A DNA stretch of 64,000 nucleotides from Octopus vulgaris (taxonomy: Eukaryota). The stretch lies in NCBI GenBank assembly GCA_951406725.2, contig OX597831.1, positions 11,842,001-11,906,000 of the forward strand. Direction: 5' to 3'. A program made the position numbers and the translations under genes. Positions 43,580 to 57,590 of this stretch are shown here, one piece after another (the stretch's first letter is position 1; each line of letters begins with the position of its first letter). Below the pieces are notes generated by a model. That model saw nothing but the letters and a program-made list of their open reading frames with translations, was not told the DNA's origin and made no database searches.

Positions 43580-43801
43580 AGCAGGCAGGCGGTGGGGGAA
43601 GGAAGTGGCGGGATGAGGTTTAGGCTAATTATGATTACACTGAAAGAAATGTCACTAAATTAGTTTACACGTGTGACGGGGGTGGATGAGTGGTGGGCGG
43701 CGGTGAGGCGGAGGAAGAGGCTAAAATATGTTGGTTCAGCTGTAGTAATGAAGCTGTGCCGGTGTTGGCGAGGGTGGAGGTACAGGATTTGGATACGTGG
43801 A

Positions 43802-43883
<82 letters not shown>

Positions 43884-44680
43884 CATATATATATATACAT
43901 ATATACGGAGGGGCTGGGTTTTGGGACATGGATCACGGAACACTCTGATGTAATATGAAGAAAGGGGGGAGAAAATGGGAAGCAGAGAACTTCCGACAGG
44001 CAAAGAGAATGACGAACAGACAGACAGACAGACAGGCAAGGCGAAAATATGAATATAACGGCATTGTAGAAAGATGAATAGAACCGACACAGTGACGACC
44101 ACACAATGCTAGATAACATGTGGTGATGATGAAGAGGTGAAGGAGGAGGGAGGAGAAGTAGGGTGGTAGTGGGGATGGAGATTGATGGGGATGGAGATGG
44201 TGATGAAGCCGACGTTGATGATGACCCTAACCATGATCTCGGTTACAACCACGTATGTGATAATGATGACGATGCGGATGAGGACGATGAGGACGAAAAC
44301 CACAACTACACTATCACCACCACCACCCCCTCCTTCACCAACACCACTACCACCACTGCTACTATCACCACCACTTCCTCCACTTCTAGCACTACTACAA
44401 CCACCGCCACCATCACCACTACCACAACCACCTCCTCCAGCACTACAACCTTACTCCACCACCAACACTACCACGATTACTCGCACCACCACTTCCACGA
44501 CTACCAACAACAACAACATCACCACTTCTACCACGATGACAACAGTAACGACGACGATGATGATGATGATGGCCAATATGTAGCAAGACGTGCTGTGTCT
44601 GCCTGGTCAGGTCATATAGAAGATTGTGACTGGTTTTAGAGAACAAGGACGTGGTTACGAGCCAGACAGAGCTGATACGC

Positions 44681-44727
44681 ACCAGACCAGGCCTGGCACC
44701 AGACCAGTCCTGGTACCAGACCAGAGG
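44681..44727 (+). repeat. 17-bp minisatellite (accagaccagDcctggY) x2.6
   Basis: accagaccaggcctggc-accagaccagtcctggt-accagaccagagg. Confidence 0.85.
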
Positions 44728-45235
44728 ATGGCTTCACAGTAAATGGGACTCGGAAACGCTAGAATCACGGTTACAAATATAGGTACGGGTGTCGACTCTT
44801 ATCTTGCCCTTTTTGAGCAACAGCGCGGACATGTGGTCAAATATGAGGTAATGTGTAGCAACTAGTGGTCACATAGTGGGATCTGTATGGATATCCCACC
44901 AGGTAGATCGAGTGGATGTAGCAACAGCAGTAGTAGTAGCAGCAATGGTAGCAACAACAATGACAGCAATGACAACAACGGTAACAGCAGCAACAAGAAC
45001 AGTAATAGGACAGCGACATCAGCAAGTCCCTGGGTGATGATCAGGGCTGCTGCCACTGCTATGGCTCTAACTTCCGTTGCTGCTACTGCTGCTGTCGCTG
45101 CTACTTCTGTTATTTCTAGAGCCCCACTATTCGAAGCCCGGGGAATGGTTGAAACCGAAACAATCAAAGTATCGGCATATTTTGTGCCATCAGCAAAAGA
45201 ATCGATGACGATTAAAAAACGAGGAGATTTCTGCT

Positions 45236-45249
45236 CCAGTAGGGGGCGG
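45236..45249 (+). promoter_or_regulatory. CTCF consensus motif
   Basis: CCAGTAGGGGGCGG fits CCASYAGRKGGCRS; binding not shown. Confidence 0.45.
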
Positions 45250-45552
45250 ACAGAGCAGATTCCACTACGAGTAGCGAGAAAGAGTGTGCGACAATGGAAG
45301 AGCGAGAAACTACTCAGAAAATAAAGAGGCAAGATATACAGCGATTCCAGATAAAGTCAAGCAAGAGACTGGAAACCCCTCGTCAAGGGGTACAGATCCC
45401 TTGAAATTTACGAGGATCATAAAAGAGGGCCGTAACTTAATATAATACTCACCTTAAACGAGAACGAAAATACGTTTTGGTTTTCTGACCTTCAACGTAT
45501 TTATTGAAGTGGCAATGAAGGAATCACATGTAAGGAATCACATGTAACATGT

Positions 45553-45962
45553 TTGGTAAGAAGTTTGCTTCTCACCACATGGTTCCGGGTTCAATCCCAT
45601 TGCGTGGCACCAAGGACAGATATTTTCTGCTAGAGCCTCGGGCCGACCAAAGCCTTGTGAATACATCTAGTAAATGGAAACTGAAAGGAGCCTGTCGTAT
45701 ATGTGTATGTACGTGTGTGTGAGAGAGTGTGTGAGTGTGTGTGTTTTTGTGGCTGTGTTTGTGCCCCACCAGCCCTCGACTACCGATGTTGCTGTGTTTA
45801 CGTCTCCGTAATCAGCGATTCGACAAAAGAGAAGAATAGGATAAATAAATACCAGGCTTTAAAACGAAAAATTTCTGAGGTCGATTTATCCGACTAAAAA
45901 TTCAAGGTTGTGCCCCAGCATGGCCGCAACCTAATGACTGAACCAAGAAAAAAGATAAAAGA
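45553..45962 (+). mobile_element. SINE family A, diverged
   Basis: ccacatggttccgggttcaatccc...gggccgaccaaagccttgtg...cagcatggccgcaacctaatgactgaa. Confidence 0.85.
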
Positions 45963-46834
45963 TTGTATACACTTGTTGAAGAAGGAAAATATATTTAATT
46001 AGATATCAATTCAGTTGTGCCATTGACTTGAAAAACTACGCTTGTGCTAACCTGCTTAATGTATGGAGTTCGCTAGAAATAAATGTTATACATTACGCTA
46101 TGTGCTGAGAAGGATAAAGGTTATTTATTTCGACCGATGATTGTGAAACCATCATCACTTCTATACGTCACAAGATGTTTATAATGTTCCACATGTAATT
46201 CCAAGAAAAGGTGACGTATATCCTGGTCCTGGACAGTCTCTAATAAGTATCAAAGTGGTGACAGTCTGGTTCCAATCACGTTTTCTAATTAGTGTTTGAC
46301 CCCAAACAATTTTCACAGCAAGATGAAATATGTTTACGAAGACAATATATTATGTCATATGCTGGGCGGTGGTATAATACATAATTAATCATGCAGAGAT
46401 GTAGCTCGCTGCTTTTGTAGTGGCGAAAGGGTAATATAATTAATGACTGCATTTGGAGGCTTGCAGTGCTGAATCTAAAATAACCCCGTTGATCTGAAAC
46501 GAGCAAAGAGAAAGTGCGACAGTGAAATCTCACTTGAACCTCTTCGCAATGAATGACAAATTCTTCGCGTTTGTCCAAATGACCTAATTCCGATTGAGAA
46601 ACTTTTTAAGTTAAATAAATAGCAAAGGCGTTGAGGATTCTTTTTCTTCGTTTTCAGGTAATTCTTAGAATAATAAACATTAATACTATAACAAAACAAT
46701 AAACGTTTATGTATTTATTTTGAAAAATTCTTGGCGTGAAATCGTGTGTTGAAACAAGTATTGTTATATTTAGGGATGGTCGTCTTTTGCCAATTAAACA
46801 CACGCATAATATATTTGATCTTCACATTTACTAT

Positions 46835-47045
46835 TGGCAGAGTCGTTAACACGCCGGGCAAAATGCTTAAGGTATTTCACCCGTCTTTAAGTTCTGAGTT
46901 CAAATTCCGCCGAAGTCGACTTTGCCTTTCATACTTTCGTTGTCGGTAAATTAAGTACCAGTTAAGCAAGCACTGGGGTCTACGTGATCGATTAGTCCCC
47001 TCCCCCAAATTGCAGGCTTTGTGCCTATAGTAGAAAGAATTATTA
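46835..47045 (+). mobile_element. SINE family B (short-tail variant) inserted in a Penelope-like end
   Basis: tggcagagtcgttaacacgccgg...gagttcaaattccgccgaagtcgactttgcc...gtgcctatagtagaaagaattatt. Confidence 0.85.
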
Positions 47046-47061
47046 TTAATTTTAATTTATT

Positions 47062-47115
47062 TGTCAAATTTCTTTCCCCACACAGATTTCTTTCTCTGTG
47101 ACCTCTTCAGCGACA
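47062..47115 (-). ncRNA. hammerhead-like motif
   Basis: Minus strand tgtcg-CTGAAGA-ggt-cacaga(8 nt)tctgtg-tggg-GAAA-gaaa-TT-tgaca; same repeat family as 36310-36470. Confidence 0.5.
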
Positions 47116-47383
47116 CTCTGTCCCATGTGTCTCCTCTATTTATAAAACTACACTGAAAATCAAACATATAGTGCCTGTGTTTAATTGGCAAAAGAAGATA
47201 ATATCCAAGTAAAGCAATAAAAATAGTAAACATTAACCATGAAGTGAAACTAATATCAACGACACATGGATGTGGCTTCTCTTCATTATTTTTAATGGGT
47301 TCAATTCTATATTATATACAAGAGTAAACAAGAGAGACAGAGACAGGCAGAAACAAGGAGAATGTCCCTTGTATTTGAATACT

Positions 47384-47486
<103 letters not shown>

Positions 47487-47712
47487 GGCGGCGAGCTGAC
47501 AGAATCGTTAGCACGCCGGGCGAAATGCGTAGCCGTATTTCGTCTGCCGTTACGTTCTGGGTTCAAATTCCGCCGAGGTCGACTTTGCCTTTCATCCTTT
47601 CGGGGTCGATAAATTAAGTACCAGTTACGCACTGGCGTCGATATAATAGACTTAATCCGTTCGTCTGTCCTTGTTTGTCCCCTCTGTGTTTAGCCCCTTG
47701 TGGGTAGTAAAG

Positions 47713-47716
<4 letters not shown>
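47487..47716 (+). mobile_element. SINE family B, full-length copy
   Basis: ggcggcgagctgacagaatcgttagc...gggttcaaattcc...gcctttcatcctttcggggtcgataaattaagtacc...tagccccttgtgggtagtaaagaaat. Confidence 0.95.
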
Positions 47717-47753
<37 letters not shown>

Positions 47754-47773
47754 TATACATATATATGTATATA

Positions 47774-47826
<53 letters not shown>

Positions 47827-47832
47827 CTATAC

Positions 47833-47878
<46 letters not shown>

Positions 47879-47889
47879 ATAGTTAATCC

Positions 47890-48060
47890 AAAAGTGAAAA
47901 CACAACAACGCGAGGACGTGGAACAAGTATAGTGTTATTGAACGCTCAGGAAAGGAAAGAAAGGAATAGGATCGAACACTTCGAGCGGAGCTCTTCGTCA
48001 GAAACATAGGAAAAGGAAAGATCCAAGGAAGGGAAAACGGAGGAAAAAATCGCCAACGAT
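47890..48060 (-). mobile_element. Penelope-like terminal fragment with degenerate hammerhead
   Basis: Minus strand ttt-CTGACGA-a-gagc-tcc-gctc-GAAg at about 47975-48003. Confidence 0.55.
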
Positions 48061-48621
48061 CATATATATATGTATATATGTATACATACATACATACATA
48101 CATACATACATACATACATACAAACATACATGCAATATACATATGCATATATCGCTCAGCCTATTGGTACAAAGCGCTGAGCCAGAATATGACAGGTACA
48201 GATTTTCATTCTATGTCGCGGCTTGCTGACGTTTTCTCATCTTCTGGCGATATTCAACCGATCTTCTAACCTGTTTTCACAGCTATTCTGCGTTTGAATT
48301 TACCTTTATTTTTGTATAGAATACAAACATACCCAAGCGCCCACGTATATGTGTACACATACATATATACTCACACATATATATATACACGCAAACACAT
48401 ATTAAAAAATACAAAATCACACACATGAATGGTTACATAGATATCCCATGAGCGATTTTACTTCCTTTTGTGTTTGTCTACGCGGTTATATATTTTGGGA
48501 AAGACACCTATGTATATACCCGTCTGTATGACTATGATTATTTATACATATGTGTAAATATATTTGTGTGGTGTGTATCCGTGGCCGTATGTGTATATAT
48601 AAATATATACATATATATATA

Positions 48622-48656
<35 letters not shown>

Positions 48657-49361
48657 ACTATATCTATTTGTATGTATGTATGTATGTATGTATGTATGTA
48701 TGTATGTATGTATGTATGTATGTATGTATGTAGAGTGTATGTATATATATATATGTGTGTGTGTGTCCTCATATGTGCTTTATGTGTATTTGTATGTATG
48801 TATGTGTGTGCAGCGAGAGTAAAAACCTAAAGAGAGATAATTTAACATCGAACTGTCGGCAACAGAAAAAATTCTGAATATCGTGTTGTATAAAATTTAT
48901 ATTTTTCGAGATATTTTGTAAGCATTTCTTACACTTAAATTTTATTTTTCTGAATATAACAGAAGTTATTGTTGTACTTATTGTAGAAGGAGCTATTTTC
49001 GGTCTCAGAATTCTTGTATTTTTACACTCGTTTTTATCATTTTTTTTTTTTCCATTTTTTTTTTCTTTTTTCGTTTTTCTTCCCTTTTCTTCATAAATTC
49101 ATTATTTCGTTTTAACTTCACTTCTTCTCGAATTTAACGGTCAAAAAATTTATTTGGTTTATATAAATCAAGGATTTTGCCATTTATCTCAATGGTATTT
49201 TATTTTTACCGTTGTTATTGCTTCTGTTGTTGTTGTTACATTTGTTCTCGTTGTTCTTGCTCTTGTTGACGTCGCTGTTATCGCTTTTTAAGTCGCTGCT
49301 GAATATAATTTTTTCAAAAATCGATATGAAAAATTAGGCGTTTTTACGTTTTTAGATGAAC

Positions 49362-49409
<48 letters not shown>

Positions 49410-49488
49410 GTGTATATATATATATATATATTTGTAAATATGTGTGTATATATACATATATATATACATATATATATATGTGTGTATA

Positions 49489-49534
<46 letters not shown>

Positions 49535-49768
49535 TATGGATATTCATTCATACATAAGTAAATATATATACAATCTATGTGTGCTTCATTATATGTGCGT
49601 ATGTGCATTCCTTCTACGCCATTTTAAGTGGAATTTAAAAACCACAAGATAAATTACGCAAGATTTGTGGGAGCAAAAAACATTATTTCGCAGAAAAATG
49701 CGCGCACGCGCCATTACATTCCTATTATATATATTTATAGCACATGCATACAAAGATATCATATGTTA

Positions 49769-49882
<114 letters not shown>

Positions 49883-50069
49883 TTGCTATTATGGATAGGT
49901 GTCGTAAGTCCAAAAGGTTGCTTTTCAAGAAACGAAAAAATAGTTTCACCATTCCATAGCAAAAGCGTTGTACTACACTTTGACAAATTTTGATATTTTA
50001 ACATCTGAAGCCCCTGGAGATACGATATTTTGATCAAAAGAACCGAATATTGCAAGCAAAAATAAACAT

Positions 50070-50245
50070 TCTTCTCTACTCTAGGCAAAAGGCCCGAAAT
50101 GTTTGTAGAAGGAGCCTATGGTTTAGATCGACCCCAGTACGCAACTAGTATTAAATTTATCGACCCCGAAAGGATTAAAGGCAAAGTCGACCTCGACGAA
50201 ATTTGAACTCAGATCGTAAAGACAGACGAAATACCACCGAGCATT
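50070..50245 (-). mobile_element. SINE family B fragment
   Basis: atcgaccccagtacgcaact...cgaccccgaaaggattaaaggcaaagtcgacctcg. Confidence 0.85.
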
Positions 50246-50277
50246 TCTGAAACAAGTAAAAGAAAACCAAAATGAAA

Positions 50278-50351
<74 letters not shown>

Positions 50352-50452
50352 AATGTGAGGATAAAATTCTTTTCGAAAAAAAATATTTTCTCGATAAAAA
50401 TTTTATCAATGGCCAGCATATTAAAAAATACCGTTAACAGTTAAATTTATAA

Positions 50453-50678
50453 ACAATTCATAAATGAAGGCAAGGGAAAAGAATTCTAATACCAAATATG
50501 CCAAAAAATTGTACATATTGTCCATTAATTGGACATATTGTCCATTCCTTAGAAATTTCTGTCGACCTTTTTTCGAGTAGCGTGCGTATTGTGGAAATAT
50601 TATATGGTTAATGGACAATATGTCCAATTTTTCGGCATATTTGGCATTAGAATTCTTTTCCCTTGCCCTCATTTATGA

Positions 50679-50683
<5 letters not shown>
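50453..50683. mobile_element. MITE/foldback with about 75-bp terminal inverted repeats
   Basis: acaattcataaatgaaggcaagggaaaagaattctaataccaaatatgcc... / ...ggcatatttggcattagaattcttttcccttgccctcatttatgaattgt. Confidence 0.85.
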
Positions 50684-50725
<42 letters not shown>

Positions 50726-50870
50726 ATGTTTGTTGTCACTTTTACGTGTCTGTTTCATGCAGGACACTGTGATTACATTTTAAGCCGAGGAAAACATCTT
50801 TTCCAACTGGTTCACGAGACACAATCTGCGAATAAGAGAGCGAACCACTCCCCTTCCAGCGTGACCAAGA

Positions 50871-50917
50871 CCAGCAGACCAGCTGGTTTCTGGGGGTGTA
50901 CTCGTCCTCAGTACTGG
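50871..50917 (-). ncRNA. type-I hammerhead ribozyme motif, core intact, weak stem II
   Basis: Minus strand ccagta-CTGAGGA-cgagtacaccccca-GAAA-ccagctgg-TC-tgctgg; 6-bp stem I, 10-nt palindromic stem III, GUC triplet. Confidence 0.65.
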
Positions 50918-50989
50918 ACGCTTGCCTGCTAGAAATGGCAGTTATTCATCCCTACTCGCAATATATAAACAAATAAGCGACACAGTTCT

Positions 50990-51147
50990 ATATTTAACAG
51001 ATGAGAAATTATGTACATTATTTAGATTATTTACATTTGACGGATAATTGTCACCCTCCAGCCGTCATCAGGTGTCTTGGGGAAATATCGAAACTGGGTT
51101 CACATTCCTAAGGTATTTTTCGAGTTCGATTCCAGGCAGTGACCTGC

Positions 51148-51204
<57 letters not shown>

Positions 51205-51223
51205 GTAGTAGTAGTAGTAGTAT

Positions 51224-51295
<72 letters not shown>

Positions 51296-51461
51296 AAGTA
51301 GTAGTAGTAGTAGTAGTAATAATAACATCGAAAAATACCTTAGGAATGAGAACTCAGGTTCGAAATTTCCCCCAAGGCTGGAGAGTATATCAGCTGAAAC
51401 GTTGTGTTAACAACAAACAAGATGAGGACAAATATCCATCAAATGTAAATAATGTAAATAA
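50990..51461. mobile_element. head-to-head pair of Penelope-like 3' ends around (AAT)n/(AGT)n
   Basis: cgaaaaataccttaggaatg...tcaaatgtaaataat occurs on - (51010-51123) and on + (51329-51461). Confidence 0.8.
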
Positions 51462-51564
51462 GCGACAATCATCCGCTGATCTTGCAGCAAGCTAAAGTAG
51501 CTTACTTTTTAAATCTTTTAAAAGAGATTGAAGTGGTAACGCGACCAGCTACATTAGCTTGTTA

Positions 51565-51678
<114 letters not shown>

Positions 51679-52108
51679 CACTTAAAATTACATAAAACAT
51701 AGGTATACATACATGAGCCGACACAAACACAAATGCAGAAATACACATCTAAAATATATATCAAGCACAAACATGCAAAAATATTTACTGAAGTGCACAC
51801 GTATGCATATACGGGTGTGCACATACAGAGACAAAACCCCATGCGCACGCGCAAACCTGCTTGTAATCACACATCCGCACAAATATATACAAGCATATTT
51901 ATAAAATACGTAAGTATTTGTAAACTTACGCCTGCACATACATGTAAATATATAAATGTACATAAATGCATACATATATATACATACATATATATAAATA
52001 TATATACACACATACACTTAGATACACACGTATATACGCACACAACCTCACATTCGCGCATCTACTTATAGAACATGAAAAACGAATTATACATAGAGAT
52101 AATACGGA

Positions 52109-52822
<714 letters not shown>

Positions 52823-54339
52823 AATTTCAAAAAAGCCATGCAAAAGACTAACTATACCCACTCACACACACACACATACATATATATAAACATACATTGA
52901 GACAAACAAATGCAACCATATCCCGCGCCATACAAACACTTAAAGATTTACACAAACATCTCTAATCCCATCTACAAACACATTCGTTCAAAAATTTGCA
53001 CGGCAGCCATTTTGTTTATCAAAAACAAAAAGAAACCTCGTCCGTTCGGCTCCAGTGAAATTAGAAGCTGTTGATAAACAATTGTCGTTTATTCATTAAC
53101 CTGTGAAAACAAGATGGCCGGCAATAACGTTAATTGACCTCTCTTGGTGCCAGTTGTTGCTGTTGTTGTTGTTCTTTCTTATCGTTGTTGCTGACGTTAT
53201 TGTTTTTCGTGATGGCGGTGGTGTTGGGGGTGGGGGTGGTTGTGATGGTGGCGGTAGTGGGGTGGTTGTGATGGGGGTAATGGTGGTGGTTGGGATTGGT
53301 GTTGGTGGTGGTGGTGGTGGTGGTGGTGGTGGTGGTGGTGGTGGTGGTGGTGGTGGTGTAGCGGTGTTGGTGGTTGTGGGGATGGTGGTGGTGGTGGTGG
53401 TGATGGTGGTGGTGATGGTGGTGGTGGTGGTGGTGGTGTAGCGGTGTTGGTGGTGGTGGTGGTGATGGTGGTGGTGGTGGTGATGGTGGTGGTGATGGTG
53501 GTGGTGGTGGTGGTGGTGGTGTAGCGGTGGTGGTGGTGGTGATGGTGGTGGTGGTGGTGGTGATGGTGGTGGTGATGGTGGTGGTAGTGGTGGTGGTGGT
53601 GATAGTGGTGGTGGTGGTGATGGTGGTGGCGGCAGCGACGGTGGTGTTGGTGATGTTGGTGGTGGCGGCAGTGGTGTTGGTGGTGGTGGCGGTGCTGTTG
53701 TCTTCTTTGCTACTTTTTGTTCATGATAGTCTTGTTAATTAGCATGTTGTTTACATTGATGATGCTGTTGTTGTAGTTGTTGTAGTTGTTGGTGTTGTTT
53801 CTTTTGTTGTTTCTTTTGTTGTTATATTTTCTGTTGATGATAGTCTCGTTAATTAGCAAATAATTTACGTTGTTGGTGTTCTTGTTGACGTTTTTGTTAT
53901 CGTCGTTGTTTGTTTATTGTTGTTTGTGTATGTTTGTATATGTTACTCCTTCATAATTAAGGTGTCGTTGTTGTTGTTGTTATTATCGTTGTTGCTGCTG
54001 CTGAGGCTGCCGCTGCTGTTTTCTTTGGTTATATATATTTTTTTTTTGCTTGCTTTTCTCCTGTTGATAATGTTAGTTTTTGATGTTTTTTGTACATGAT
54101 GATGATGATGAGGAGGAGGAGGAGGAGGAGGGGGGAGGAGGGAGATGGAGTAGGATGGTGATGATCATCATCATCGTCGTCTCTCATTTCATTATGTGTA
54201 AATTCCCACACTTGATGTCTGTCTTTCTATTGTCCTCCTCATCCTTCGCCCTGGTGGCAAATAATAATAATAATAATTATTATTATTATTACCATTATTA
54301 TTACTACTGTTGTTGCTGTAGCTCTTGTTGTTGTTGTTG

Positions 54340-54604
54340 TCGTCGTCATCATCATCATCGTCATCTTTATAATCAACATCATCAGCAGCAGCAGCATCGT
54401 CATCTTCGTAATCATCATCATCATCATCATCATCATCTTCATAATCATCATCATCTTCATAATCATCATCGTCATCATCATCATCATCATTATCATCATC
54501 ATCTTCATAATCATCATCGTCATCATCATCATCATCTTCATAATCATCATCGTCATCATCGTCATCATCATCATCATCATCATCGTCATCATCATCATCA
54601 TCAT

Positions 54605-54652
<48 letters not shown>

Positions 54653-54717
54653 CATTATCATCATCATCTTCATAATCATCATCGTCATCATCATCATCAT
54701 CTTCATAATCATCATCG

Positions 54718-54749
<32 letters not shown>

Positions 54750-55035
54750 GTCATCATCATCATCATCATCTCCATCATCATCATCATCATTATCATCTTC
54801 ATAATCATCATTATCATCATCATCATCATCATTATCATCATCATCTTCATAATCATCATCATCATCATCATCATCTCCATCTTCATAATCATCATCGTCG
54901 TCGTCATCACCATCATCATCTTCATAATCATCATCATCATCATCATCATCATCTTCATCTTCATAATCATCATCATCACCATCATCATCTTCATAATCAT
55001 TATCTTCGTCGTCGTCGTCGTCGTCGTCATCATTA
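54340..55035. repeat. higher-order (CAT)n repeat with cttcataat / cgt spacers
   Basis: Direct reading; source of the 378-aa poly-His ORF. Confidence 0.9.
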
Positions 55036-55344
55036 TTATTGTTCTAATGAGTCAGAGGAAACAGTACAGGAAAAGGATAACAGAGAGTTATGCCGTTGTT
55101 GTTGTTGTTGTTATGGTGGTGGTGGTGGTTATGATGATCGTTATCATCATCATCATCACCATCATCATTATCAGCCTCGTCGTCATCATCATTATCTTGT
55201 GTTTGCATTCTGTTGATATTTTCCTCGTTTCGCATTTGTTGATGTTGTTGTTTATTCAGGCGCCATCTTTATGAACATGGTGGCGCAGATCAGTTAAATG
55301 GTTTGTAATTAGTGTATTTAGCGCGGGGGGCGGGAAAACTATAT

Positions 55345-55383
<39 letters not shown>

Positions 55384-55481
55384 TTAGGGGAGCCATGGAT
55401 GTGCCAGTGTTTCATAGTGTGCCACGATGTGCATGCGTATGCCTTGCTGATTCAATTTGCTCTTACAACTCTGTTTGCATG

Positions 55482-55532
<51 letters not shown>

Positions 55533-55759
55533 ATGCATGGATGTCTGTTTGTATATATATATGTGTGTATATATTTATATAGACATATGTATGTATGAAC
55601 ATGTATTATGTATGTATGCACGTTATATTTACGCATGCATATGTATATGTTTGTATATATAACTGGATGTGTGTATGCAAGTATCTGTCTGCGCGTTTCT
55701 ATAAATTTATGTCTGGAATTAAAGATAAAATAACACATTATTTCACTTTATATTAAACA

Positions 55760-55826
<67 letters not shown>

Positions 55827-55985
55827 TTATGAGGCGGAGTATGTGTAACAGAGCGGGTGTATTTGCGTGTGTATATAGCTGTGTACGTGTATATAAGATG
55901 AGTAAATGATTAATAATTGGGTATGTATCTGTGAGAGGCAAAAATATGGCGACGATACGACTATGTGTATGCATGTGCGTGCATG

Positions 55986-56032
<47 letters not shown>

Positions 56033-56239
56033 ATGTGTATCTGTGTGCATATATATATGTATGTTTATGCGCGTTTTTATGGGTTGATATCTTGAACATG
56101 AGATGAAATATAGAAATGTTACTCTTGATAGTACACGTGAGTATGCATATGAATGTATGTGTGTGAGTATATGAATTCATGTCTATGTATGCACACGCAC
56201 AGGTACTCACACATGCATACGCGCATATATGTGTGGTGC

Positions 56240-56395
56240 AAGCGTGGCTGTGTGGGTAGAAGTTTGCTTCCCAACCACATGGTTCTGGGTTCAGTCCCAG
56301 TGCCAAGAACATTATGTAAGTATTCTCTACTATTTGTTCGTGTCTACCTAAATCTTGAGAGTGGCTTTGGTAAACAGAAACCGAAAGAAGCCTAC
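56240..56395 (+). mobile_element. SINE family A head, diverged
   Basis: gtggctgtgtgggtagaagtttgcttcccaaccacatggttctgggttcagtccc. Confidence 0.75.
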
Positions 56396-56602
56396 ATACA
56401 TACATACACACACGCGTACGCGCGCGCGCACGCACACACACACACACACACACACATCCACACACATGCAAACAACATGAAATATGTAAACAAACGAGTT
56501 AAATACACAAGGAGAAAACTGGAAAACAGGACAAGTAAATACAGAGAAAAGACCCTTTATCAGTTGTCGGCTGTCTATCTACTCTTCCTTTCAAAGTATG
56601 TT

Positions 56603-56638
<36 letters not shown>

Positions 56639-56688
56639 GCATTATCACGCGTTTGAGAATAAAAAAATTATTTCTCTATCTTTCTATA

Positions 56689-56749
<61 letters not shown>

Positions 56750-56822
56750 GTGCGTGTGTGTGTGTGCGTGTTTGTGTGTGTGTGTGTGTCTGTACGTTCA
56801 TATATATATACACATGCATTCA

Positions 56823-57590
56823 TACAGGTGGTATCAAAAAGTTCCCGGACCATTTCTGTTGCGCACCACCAGGTGGCAGTACGCGGTTTCGTGTTCCGTG
56901 AGAGCTAGCAGTGACTTTCATGAGACAGTATGCCTGTATTTACTTCGCAAGTTGTGAGATTTGTGTTTTTGTGACCATGCGTATTCTGTAGTCTGCGAAT
57001 TTTGTCATGGACAGGAAATTGGAACAAGGAGTCAACGTGAATTTTTGCGTTAAACTTGAGAATTCTGCTACAGAAACATTGAGCGTTGGCAAGCTTACAT
57101 AGACGAGGCTGTGGGTCGTAAGTAATGTTTCAAGTGGCACGGGGTCTTCAAAAGCGGAAGATTATCCTTGGAAGATGACGAGAACTGCCACGAGCGTTAC
57201 CCCCAGAAATGTGGTTGGGTACATCGAGAATTCATCCCATAGGGTCAGAGAGTCAATCGAGAGCTCTGAGGGAGGGCATTCGCTGAAAGTGACCGGATCT
57301 GTGAAGTTCTCACTTGTGAGTTTCTCGCGAAAAACAACAAATTATCGTTTCTGTACGCGCTCTGTTTAGCACCTGCGGATTTCTATCTCTTCCTTAACAT
57401 GAAAATGTAGGTCAGAGGTCACCGTTTTAACACCGTTGTCGAGACGAGATCCTGAGCGAATCACAGAAGATCATCGACCCGCTTACGGAACACGACCTCG
57501 AGACCGGATTCCAAAAATGGCAGAAACGCTGGGAACGGTGGATTGCTGCGCAAGGTGACTATTTCGAAGGGGACGGTATTAAAATTTAAT
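56823..57590 (+). mobile_element. internally deleted mariner element with transposase pseudogene
   Basis: TA+TIR-like caggtggtatcaaaaagttcccggac; 57007 MDRKLEQGVNVNFCVKLENSATETL, QAYIDEAVGRK*CFKWHGVFKSGRLSLEDDE, LAPADFYLF, FQKWQKRWERWIAAQGDYFEGD (mariner HTH, LAPxD motif and C-terminus). Confidence 0.9.
56866..56879 (+). promoter_or_regulatory. CTCF consensus motif inside the mariner 5' end
   Basis: CCACCAGGTGGCAG, canonical core. Confidence 0.5.

Noticed and set aside
54022-54033. tctttggttat match to the miR-9 5' end, and tgaaagacat (60780) to miR-71
   Set aside because: Only 10-11 nt match with no precursor hairpin
54080-55216. 378-aa His-rich ORF (possible metal-binding or beak protein)
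   Set aside because: Translated (CAT)n microsatellite that is also open on the opposite strand; no signal peptide or GHG-type repeats
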